Below are positions 52,901 through 64,000 of a stretch of 64,000 nt of DNA, piece by piece. A model generated the notes under the pieces. That model worked only from the letters and a program-made list of their open reading frames with translations. It was not told the origin of the DNA and did no database searches. The translations under genes and the position numbers were made by a program. Location: NCBI RefSeq assembly GCF_009914755.1, contig NC_060929.1; one strand, given 5' to 3'. Each line of letters opens with the position of its first letter. Within the stretch, counting starts at the first letter, position 1. This DNA comes from the human T2T-CHM13v2.0 reference genome, Homo sapiens.

Positions 52901-55859
52901 TAAATAACAAAAGACTTCTAAAAGGAGTCCTGAAAATAAAATTTAGAGTGAAACATTTTTTGTTTGAGAGTAGGTAAAATGAGAGTAGGTTATTTGATTT
53001 AATAGTGGTCTCTTTGGATCTCTAAAAATCTTTGCATGTGCATTCAAAAAGTAAATAGAAATAGTAAATGCCAGTTGATTGAAAATCATGATACTTTTGA
53101 GATGATACTAAATTTTTACAATATGATATAAATCAGAATAGTGTAGACAGCCAATTTACATAATTCAACCCCAGAAAATTAACTACATACATTCACTATG
53201 TAATGACTTAATTCACTTAAGTTGAGCCAAGTGTCATAAATTTGCAATGAACATTTTTACTTTTTAAAAAATGAGCTAATTTTAGATTTGTCACAGAAAA
53301 CTACTATTCATTGACATCGCAAATTGGAATTATTAACAGAAAAGCTCATTTCAAATATGGAGAACATAAGAGAGTGTAGTGATTGGGATGTGTTCTCAAC
53401 ATCAAAATGTAAGAAGAAAATTTAATAGCCAGAACTTGAGAAAAATATAATGGGCTACCCGATGAATCACTTGGCAGGAATATTATCAATGGAATTAAAT
53501 AATGGCCTACTGTCAGTTTAATTCAATCATCTCTTTAGTTAGTATATCAAATTTCATTCGTATATTATGAGAGGTGATGCCATCATTTTATCTGCCTGTC
53601 TCATTCTGACTATAGAATTTGAGCAACTTCACCATTCTTCGTTCTTGTTTTGATGGTCAAAGTTGCTGAATAATTGCTTCTTTCCTCCTTTGTGTGTCTT
53701 AGGACAAATACAGCACAATCTCAGAGTTAACTTAACATCCAAACTGTTATTACATTCTCTGTCCTCAGTTAGTTGGTAGAATTATAATCAGTTAAAAACA
53801 GATTTAAAAAAAAACAGCTTTTACTGAACATAGATATATAGCAGTGCTACTTTATAAAATAATAGTGTGGCTAATATAATGGCATTTATTTAAACAATTA
53901 TTGAGATTATTTTTCTCATCTCTCCTCATTTTCTGACCTGAGAAATACAGTTCCAAGTTCACGAGTGAATGTAAATGAAGAAACAGGGAAAGCATTTTAG
54001 AATTTCTTGAAATCTGGCACCAGGACTGATTGTACATATGTATATATACACTCATGCATGTGTGTGCCTATGTATGTGTGCATATGTGTATACGTATGTG
54101 TGTATGAATATATGTATTTAATCATCATGGGCTGGTATATCTGGTTAGAACAAAGTACAAGTAAACCCCAAGTAATGAGTAAGATTCCCTCCAGATCCAG
54201 CTAATTATTTGAACATACCCTTTTCATCACAGCACGTCACTGCTGCAAACATTGGAATGCTTTCCCATGGTTTACTAAACAAAGTACAAAGCTGTCTGAC
54301 AATGCAGATCACAGCAAAGATCCAAGTGATGCATGCCCTTCGGCAGGATCTTCCCCACCCTGGGTCTCAGTTTTATCTTCTAGAAAATACACGTTCAAGA
54401 GTGAGATTTGCAGCTTCCTCCCTGCTCAGACCTCATGATTTTGACTGTGAAACCCATTCATATAACTTCATTATTCTTATTCCCATGTGAGAAGGTAAGT
54501 CTAGTATGAATGTCATTTTTGCCCAAACACTCCTGAGCATTACATAGACTTAATTAACGTTTTGCTTCTTCAGATGTTTTTTCTCATGTGCAGGCTGTTT
54601 ACTAAAGGGCCACACAGCATGTTACCTTCAATCCGTAGACATTTCTGGGAGTCAGCTGCGTGCACTGCAGTTGAAGATGAGAACTATTGAATGCTTACCC
54701 AGTGCCAGGCCTGTGTCTCCACGCCTCTCGCCTGTCCCCCCTTAGCACCCTATGAGGTCGACACTGTGGTCACCCTCCCTTGGCAGGTGCAGAGCAGAGG
54801 TGAGGAGGGTAATGACTTGGTTGGCCTGTCTGACTCGGAAGCGCTGTCTTGCTCACCTCCAGTGTGCTGGGACAGCAGCACAGGAACCACCTCAGAGGTG
54901 CTCTGGAGAGAGTGACCAGCACCCACCCTTCCATGCTGCCAGGGGTTCTTCGATGTGTCCAGTCTTCTCCTCCCAGCTGCGGGCCTCGAGCATTTATCTA
55001 AATGTTTCGCCTCCTTCAGACCCTACCTTGCTTTCTCCTCTCCCACTGTGGGTGGGCTGGCCTCCTACCCCCTGAGAAAATCAAGGACAGTGAGGAGGAG
55101 TGCTGTGGACTTCCCCTCTTTATCTTCATCAGCTGCACGGGCAGCTGTGCCTTCCTGCTTTGCCCTGGTCTCCTGGTTATGAAAGCCAAATCCCCCACGC
55201 AGCTGAGTCCCTTTCCCTCCTGCCTTCTTATGCTCCTGCACTGTCCTCAACTCCTATCTCTCTTTATGTTCAGCTGACCCCCCTCATCCCTACCCTTCGC
55301 TTCACACGCCATTGACATAGTTGAGCTCACTCCACCTCGAAAAGCCTCTCCCTGAACTCTGAATATTCTCTAGCACATGTGTGTCCACCTCCATTTGCAG
55401 ACAGTCCTGTTCTGTGCAGTTTCTTGTTCCTGGCCTTTAGCCCTAGTGAGCCCCTCCTTCAGATTTTCCTCTCTTATTTGTCTATCAAAACATTCTTCCC
55501 CTCATAACAGGTGCCCCTCCCTCAATGAGTTCACCAGTGTCAAAACACCTCCCACACCTTGGAGTAACCATAAGATTACTTGCTTCTCTCTCCTACTGAA
55601 CTTTTAGTGTTTTGAGGATGGAGACCTTGCCATAGCACGGTTCTACCTTCCAGCAGTACCAGGCACCTGGAGTCCTGGGCCATATTCATTTCATGCCCCT
55701 ATAGATGCTGATTAAAGGCCTTTCCCTTCCCAATCCCCTGCTAAACTCCAACACATTCTTGCAGACCCAGGTCAAGTCTCTTCTATGTACCTTCTGAAAA
55801 CCTACTCAGTGGAAATCCTTACTATTATTACTAACATCACTTTTTGCACTATTTGTCCT

Positions 55860-55985
55860 CTTGATCTTTCTCTTAGTGGTTTGTGAAGTTTTTATATATT
55901 GCTGTTTTTATGTCTCCAGGACCTGAAACTGTACTAGGTACATGGTAGGCACTCAACAAATATTTATTGAATGAATGGATCAATC
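55860..55985 (+). mobile_element. L2 3' end
   Basis: GGTACATGGTAGGCACTCAACAAATATTTATTGAATGAATG. Confidence 0.75.
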
Positions 55986-56094
55986 AACCAATCAAACTAT
56001 GCAAAATAAAGAGCATAAGACTGTGAGAGAGGAGACGAAAGCCTGGCTGGGAGGGAAAGGCCATAAGGAGTAATAAGATAGGAAAGTGTTAGGG

Positions 56095-56576
56095 TGTGTG
56101 GGAGATCACAAAACAGTATTTTCAGCGGTCTCCGTTGAGAGTTGACATCTGCTTTTCCACCCCTCGAATCTAGGTTTGGCCTTGCAACAGATGGACCAAC
56201 AGAACACTAGGAAACACGATTCAAGTAGCATCTTGAAATGTGATCCTGCATTGGGGGTCCCCTCTCTTCACTGCACCCGGAACTGTGAGTACCTGATGTA
56301 AGTGAGCTCGAGCTAGCCTGTTGCAAAGACACCCTAGAGAAGGATGGAGGAGCCCAGTGAGCAGCCTGGTGAGTGAGGCCATTCTGGACCTTCCCCTCCA
56401 GCTGTGCCACCATCTGATCACAGTTCACTCCAAGTGAGATGAGTAGGAAAATCGCTCCCTTGAGTCCAGTCCAAATTGTCCACCTACCGAGCTGTAAACT
56501 AGTGAATACTTTTCTAAGTTTTCTAATAACAGCTACTAAGTTTTGAGGTTGTTTCATAGCAAAAACAAACTGATAT
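56095..56576 (+). mobile_element. MLT1 (F/G-like) MaLR LTR
   Basis: TTTCCACCCCTCGAATCTAGG...GGCCTTG...GTGAGTGAGGCCATTCTGGACC...CTAAGTTTTGAGGTTGTTTCATAGCAA...AACTGATA. Confidence 0.8.
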
Positions 56577-57352
56577 GAGTTACAAAATATGAAGACAACC
56601 CTTGCATTTTAGAGGAGTAGGTTTAAATTTAACTTAGCCAGCAACCAAAACTTTAGCTTAAGTTACTGTTCTCTGAGAAAATCTGTGTTAACCTAAGGAA
56701 AGGTTAATTGGGTTAATATTATTTTTCTTCAATTATCTCACCATCTGCAATGAGTTAATTCTCTCTAAGATTTTGTGATTTTAGAAGAAATGGACTTATG
56801 GAAGTAATTAGCCATCAATTCCTTCAATGGGCTGTGTAGAACAAAGGGATTTCACTAAATGACAGTATTTGTATTTGCCCATCATTTCCATTCAAATGAA
56901 GTAGTGTTCAATATATGCTTACTTTGGGTTTACTTCTGCAGTCCTCCAAGAAACAGTGGTCTGTGTGGGCACAAATGAGCTACAGCACGTATAAGTCAAT
57001 GGGAAGAAAGGAAATGCTCACTATGCTAGAAGTGACAGTAGAAACTTCCATTGTGTGTGACTGGAGAGGCACAAATGAAGGGCATCTCCCAAAGTGAGTG
57101 AGAAGAGTTCAGACTGAATATCTCAAAACCTAAGCTCATGTAAGGGAACAGGCAGGGCAGCCCACTGGATTGCTGTCTCTCCTATGAAAAGGAATCACTG
57201 GAGCTGGTGGCACATGGGTGAGCTGGAGAAATTGCTCGTGGAATTGAGAAGGTCTCAACCTCTAGGTTGAATTATCATATTTCATCATTTTTGTGTCCAA
57301 GGTGGACATTTTCTAGCCATGTACTTATATACAAAATATAAGAAGCCATTTG

Positions 57353-57648
<296 letters not shown>

Positions 57649-58386
57649 AAGAAGCCATTTGGACCCAAACAGGCAGATCTCCTTGGTTCTTGGAGAGATA
57701 AGAGAGAAAGAGCAGCTTTGCCTTCCCCTGTGTTTGAAGATTGTATCATGGATCAGCATGGGCCTCTGTACCACAACTTGTTTTCCTGGGGTGTCCGTCC
57801 CAGGCAGTGCTTACTTTCTAAATTTTTCTCGGAGGCCTCATGGTGGGTATGGAAAACCGTGGGTGGTGAGTGAAGGAAAAGTAAGATGTCACTGAAAGCG
57901 GTCTTACCTCAGAGAGCAAGAATTCAGACCTCAAGACAATAGGTTAAACTTCATGAAGCATCTTTGATTAAGTCATCTTATTCTATTCTACTTTTGCTGT
58001 AACTAGCAGGCTTCATCTTTTGGGAGTGTGAGAGGAGTGACAGTTTAAGGAGGCTTCACAGGCGTCCATACAACCACAGGATGAACAGCCTTTTAGAAGT
58101 TACTGTTGCCCTTCCAGGAAGACAAGTTTCATTGCCTGGTACATAAATTGAGTTAAACTTGAAGGATATTTTTATGTAAAAGGAAGGGCAAATATATACA
58201 AAGATGACATTCACAAATACATTTTCTGTAAAAATAGGACAAAAGAGTAATATACAATTAAGACATTGTCAAACTTTTTTTTCTAAAATCAAAATTTTAT
58301 ACCAGTTTTTTTCCCTTTAAACTAGGAACCTATACTATTTCAAAGTGTTAAAACACATTTATAACATTTTCAGAAAACTACATTTA

Positions 58387-58845
<459 letters not shown>

Positions 58846-59955
58846 TCAGAAGCAGACACTCAGACAGGAACTTTTCTTTTTTCTTTCATGGAACTTTACC
58901 TGTAGACCCTTTTGTTTCGCCCCAAACCATCAGGATAACTGAAAGCCACTCCAACATGTTGATTGGGGTAGCCGAGGAATGATGCAGACCAGAGCATCAG
59001 AGTAGGTGACAGGCATTTGACAGTGGACACCCAAAAAAGGTAAGAGTGGCTATTCATCACCAGGGGCAGAGCATTTGCTAATCATGTCATCCCTAGAATT
59101 AGCTCAAATTTAAGAGTCTCAGTAAAAAAAGTTTTGGATCTAGGCCATGAGAGTCTGAACTATGAATTTATTATTTTAGGGCTGCATGGACACATGGGCC
59201 ATGTGAATACTAACTAGGCCCTTGTGAATATTGGAACTCTAGAATCTAATATTGACTCTTCAAGCCAATATTGATGAGGGGTTAAATAACCAAATACCAC
59301 CTGTACCCCAATAACTTACGGGAAAAAAAATAAACAAAAAGCATTACCATCATTAGAAGTTACTTTGGCCTAACCATTTTGGAAAACTGGGTATTGAATA
59401 AAGTCGGATTTAAAGCCCAGTAATTTTGCTCCTACTATTAACTATGAAAATATGTACAATGAGAATATCTGGGAAAAAAGGTATGAGAAAAACAGCTCAT
59501 CACATACAAACTAACAATACAATCAATGGCTGCTTTTACACCAGAGGCAAGGAAGACCAGATAGCAGTGGAATTACACATTCAAAGTGCTGGAAAAAACT
59601 ATCAAGGAAGAAGTAATTATCCAGTAAAACTATTCTTTAAAAATAAAGGCAAATAAAGACATGAGTAGATAAACAAAGACTGGGAGATCTTGCTACTTTC
59701 AGACTTATAAGAAATACTAAAGAAAGTCCTATATTTCTCCTATTTTAAAGATACAGATTGTATAAAGCAATAATTATAATACTTTGGGGGGCTTATTAAA
59801 TAAATTCATATATAATATGGTTATATATATTCATATATTATCTATGTCATATAGTACAAAAAAGAAGAAAATAAATGAATATTAAAGGTTTTATATTTTA
59901 ACAGAATTAAGTTAGTATTAATCTAAAGTAGATGTGGTCAGTTAAGATATATGTT

Positions 59956-60441
59956 GTATGTTTATTGCAGCACTACTTACAATAGCAAAAACTTAGAACC
60001 AATCCAAATGTCCAACAATAGTAGACTGGATTAAGAAAATGTGGCACATATACACCATGGAATACTATGCAGCCATAAAAAATGATGAGTTCATGTCCTT
60101 TGTAGGGACATGGATGAAGCTGGAAACCATCATTCTCAGCAAACTATCGCAAGGACAAAAAAACCAAACACCGCATGTTCTCACTCATAGGTAGGAATTG
60201 AACAATGAGAGCACTTGGACACAGGAAGGGGAACATCGCACACTGGGGCCTGTTGTGGGGTAGGGGGAGAAGGGAGGGATAGCATTAGGTGATATACCTA
60301 ATGTAAATGATGAGTTAATGGGTGCAGAACATCAACATAGCACATGTATACATATGTAACAAACCTGCACGTTGTGCACATGTACCCTAGAACTTAAAGT
60401 ATATTAAAAAATATATATACACATAAAAATAAATAAATAAA
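59956..60441 (+). mobile_element. 5'-truncated L1PA (L1PA4-like) 3' end
   Basis: GTATGTTTATTGCAGCAC...CAAACTATCGCAAGGACAAAAAAACC...ATACCTAATGTAAATGA...GTACCCTAGAACTTAAAGTAT plus A-rich tail. Confidence 0.95.
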
Positions 60442-61055
60442 TAAAGTTTTTACATTTTAACAGAATTAAATTAGTTGTAATCTAAAGTAGATGTGGTAAG
60501 ATATATGTTGTAATCCCTAGAGCAAACACCAGGAAAATGCATTTTAAAATAGTTTAAAAATTGACATAATTAAAATAGTAATAAATATTAAATAGTACTA
60601 AAATTATTTATTTTTCACAAAAGAGTAAAGAACAAAGAAACTAGAAAACATGAGACATACAGAAATGAAATAGCAAGATAGAAGAACAAAATCTAACATT
60701 AAATGTGAATGGATTAAGTTCAGATTATCAGATGACAAAATACAATATCCAACTACATGCTGTCTAGACGAGTTACTCTTTAAAGACACAAATAGGTTGA
60801 AAATAACGTGATGAAAAATATACATCAAGCGACAGTTACTGTATAAGCTACAATAATATCTATATACTAGCTATATCTATATTAAAAGCTAAATATGTAT
60901 TAGAAACAAAGAAGGATGTTTCATAATAATAAAAGAATCAATGAATCAAGAAGCTGTAAAAATATAAATATATATCTAACAAAAGACCCCCAAAATACAT
61001 GGAGCTAAAAACTGATAGGTGGTAAGACGAAACAAACAATACAACAATAAGAGTT

Positions 61056-62075
61056 GATAGACATTTCTCCAAATATATACGAATAGTAAATAAACACATA
61101 AAAGATGTTCCATATTACTAGTCATTAGGGAGATGCAGATCAAAACTACACTTTATACCCATTAGGATGGCTAGAATCAAAAAGACAGACAATAAAAAGT
61201 ATTGGTAAAAATGGATAAATCACACCCTCATACATTGCTGGTAGGACAGCCACTTTGGAAAACAGTTTGCACAGTTCTTTAAAATATTACACATGGAGCT
61301 ACCATGTGACTGAGCAATTCCACTTCTAAGTATACACCCAAGAAAGCTGAAAACGTGTTCACAAAAACGCTTGCCCACAAATGTTGATAACAGCATTATT
61401 TATTATAGCCAAAATGTAGAAATAACTCAAATGTCTATCGACTGATAAAAAAAATGGGGTATGTCCATAAAATGGAATATTATTTGGCCATGAAAAAGAA
61501 TGAAGTACTAACACATGCTAAACATGAATGAACCCTCAAAACATTATACCAAGTGAAAGAAGCCAGACAGACGTAAAGTGCCAAATGTTGTTTAATTCCA
61601 TTTACATTAAATAGCTGGTATGGGCAAATATGTAGAGACAGAAAGTCAATTAATGGCTTCTAGGGGCTGGGAGCAAGGGGAAGTGGGAAATGATTGCTAA
61701 TGGGTATGAGGCTTCTTTTAGAGACGATGTAAATGTTAGGAATTATATAGTGATGGTGGTTGCACACCTTTGTGACTACAGTTGGCCCATGAGCAACATG
61801 GGTTTGAACTTCCAGGTTGGCCACACCAGGACAGCAAGACCAACCCCTCCTCTTCCTCCTCCTTTTCAACCTACTCAATATGAGACGATGAGAATGAAAA
61901 CGTTTATCATGATCCACTTCCAGTTAATGAATAGGAAACATATATTCTATTTCTTATGACTTTTTAAATAATATTCTCTTTTTGGTAGCTTACTTGATTG
62001 TAAGAATACTATATATAAATGTACATTTTAAATGAGTGAATTCTATGGAATGCAAACCATATCTCAGTAAAAGGA
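61056..62075 (+). mobile_element. L1MB-like 3' end (split by Tigger2a)
   Basis: TAGACATTTCTCCAAA...ATGGAATATTATTTGGCCATGAAAA...GCTAATGGGTATGAGGCTTCTTT...GTGATGGTGGTTGCACA; resumes at GTACATTTTAAATGAGTGAATT. Confidence 0.8.
61779..62018 (+). mobile_element. Tigger2a (MER28)-like DNA transposon fragment
   Basis: TA|CAGTTGGCCCATGAGCAACATGGGTTTGAACT...ACAGCAAGACCAACCCCTCCTCTTCCTCCT...CCTACTCAA...GATCCACTTCCAGTTAATGAATAG. Confidence 0.85.
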
Positions 62076-62361
62076 AAAATGCGAAATAAAAAAAGAGTTG
62101 AAAACTTCAAAACCAGTCTCAATAATAGATAGAGCAATTAAACTGAAAGAAAATTAAAAAGATAAATCAATGACTTGAGCAGCATAACTAACCAACTTGA
62201 CCTATTTTGTATAACATAAATATACATGTATGAAGTATATTATATGCTTATGCATATTTATGAAGCAATTTATTCAACAATAGGAGAATACACATTCTTG
62301 TAAAGCACACATAAAACATTTTCCAGGATAGATCACATTCTGGGCTATAAAATAAACCTCA

Positions 62362-62650
62362 GGCGGGCGCGGTGCCTCAAGCCTGTAATCCCAGCACTTT
62401 GGAAGGCCGAGGCGGATGGATCTCTTGAGCTCAGGAGATCAAGACTAGGCTGCACAACATGGTGAAACACTGTCTATACAAAAAATACGAAAATTGTCCA
62501 GCATGGTGGTGAGTACCTGTGGTCCCAGCTACTTGGGGGGCTGAGGTGGGAGGATTGCTTGAGCCTGAAAGGTTAAGGGTGCAGTGAGCCCTGATTGTGT
62601 CACTGCAGTTCAGCCTGGGTGACAGGGTAAGATCCTGCATTAAAAAAAAG
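62362..62650 (+). mobile_element. AluJ-like SINE in L1 ORF2
   Basis: TTGAGCTCAGGAG, GGAGGATTGCTTGAGCC and GAGGTGGGAGG are J diagnostics. Flanks AAACCTCA / AAGCCTCA. Confidence 0.92.
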
Positions 62651-64000
62651 CCTCAATAAATTTTTAAAGGATTGTAATCATACAAAGTATATTTCTTGAC
62701 CATACCAGGATTAAATTAGAATTCAATGATGGGGAGAAATTTGGGAAATCATCAAATGTGGGAATTAGGCAACACACTTCTAACTAACCTAAGAATTAAA
62801 GAATAAATGTAAAAAAAGAAAATATTTTGAAATGAATGACAAGAATACACAGCATCAAAAATACAGAAGTGTTTAGAGGAAAAATGTAGAGCTCTGAATA
62901 TCTATACTAGGATAGAAGAAACGTATAAAATCAATAACTGAAACTTTTGCTTTATGAAATTACAACAGAGAAACTAAACCCAAACCAGGCAGAAAGAAGG
63001 AAATTGCAAAATCAGAGTAAAAGTCAATGAAATAGAAAACTGAAAAAATACTGAAGACTATGAAAGATGGCTCTTTGAAAAGGTTGATATTCATAAACTT
63101 TTAGCTAGAATAACTACAAAATAAAAAGAGCAAATGTGAAATATCAAATCAGGAATCAAGGGAGGGCATCCTTAATACAGAACTGAAAAAAAAATGTAAA
63201 TAAATATTATGACAACTCTATGCCAAAATATTAGACAATGTAAATAACATATAAAAATTGCTGGAAATGCTTGAATTGCCAAAACTGACTAGAGAAGAAA
63301 TAGAAAATCCCCACATTATCTATCAACATGTTAAAAATAATAATACTAATCTTACACAAATTATTTCAGAAAATACTGGAGGAAGTAACATCTTCCATTC
63401 ATTCTGTGAGGCCAGTACTACACTTATACCAAGCCCAGGTAAATAGCTCAAAAGAAAAAAGGCCAATATCTCTCATAAACATGGGTGCAAAAATACTTAA
63501 TGAAATGTTAGTAAAGCAAATTCAACAACTCATGAAATATGACCACGATTTTAATACTAGGAATGCTAGGTAGGTTTAAGATCCCAAAACAAGACAATAT
63601 ACAATTTTAATAGTTTAATGACCAAAAACTATATATCAATAGGTGTAAAAAATATTTAATGAGTTCCAATATTCACTCATATTTTTGAAAAAAATTCAAT
63701 ATAATCGGATTATAGAGGAATTCTTCTCTCTGATATAGGCATCTATGAAAAATCCACAGCTGACATCATATTTAATGGTAAAGGACTCAATGCTTTTCCA
63801 GTGCTATGAACAAACCAAGAATATATACTTTCACCATTTCTATTGAATATCAAACTTGAGATTTCATATTGTTCTTAGGAAATTTTAAACTTACAGGTTG
63901 GAAATAAGTAAACAAAACTCCTTTTATTCACAGATAGTATGATTCTTTTTATAGAGAATCGTAAGGAATGTGCATGCATGCGCACACACACACACACAAC

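Larger units (their letters stand above)
59450..64000 (+). mobile_element. Old L1M (MB/MC/MD-like) body with nested L1PA, L1MB 3' end, Tigger2a and AluJ
   Basis: ORF1-end motifs (TATCCAGTAAAACTATTCTTTAAAAATAAAGGC). ORF2 endonuclease-region motifs (AATATCCAACTACATGCTGTCTA, ATAGATCACATTCTGGGCTATAAA). RT-region motifs (CATTCTGTGAGGCCAGTA, CCACAGCTGACATCATATTTAATGG). Confidence 0.85.

Overview
Primate genomic DNA, probably hominoid or human (AluY elements plus an L1PA4-like 3' end). I find no credible protein-coding gene, tRNA/rRNA, CRISPR or prokaryotic system: the ORFs I could trace are repeat or low-complexity read-throughs and none resembles a protein I recognise. The window reads like a distal or subtelomeric gene desert. 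It holds about 11 Alus, old L1M/L1PB/L1PA fragments at both ends, ERV1 solo LTRs (MER34, MER50, MER52D), several MaLR (MLT1) LTRs, DNA-transposon relics (MER58, MER1B, MER47C, Tigger2a), and a high density of minisatellites interleaved with repeat-poor candidate enhancer blocks. The best leads are: a ~70-bp target-site duplication around an L1PA insertion; minisatellites born inside MER1B and MER52D (the latter with a 5-mer higher-order duplication); a 33-bp VNTR with phased nuclear-receptor sites; a UG-tract/acceptor/donor arrangement resembling a TDP-43-sensitive exon; and an Alu tail expanded into a polypurine tract. Repeat family names come from recalled consensus sequences, not a database search. 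I cannot support a claim of a new biological system.
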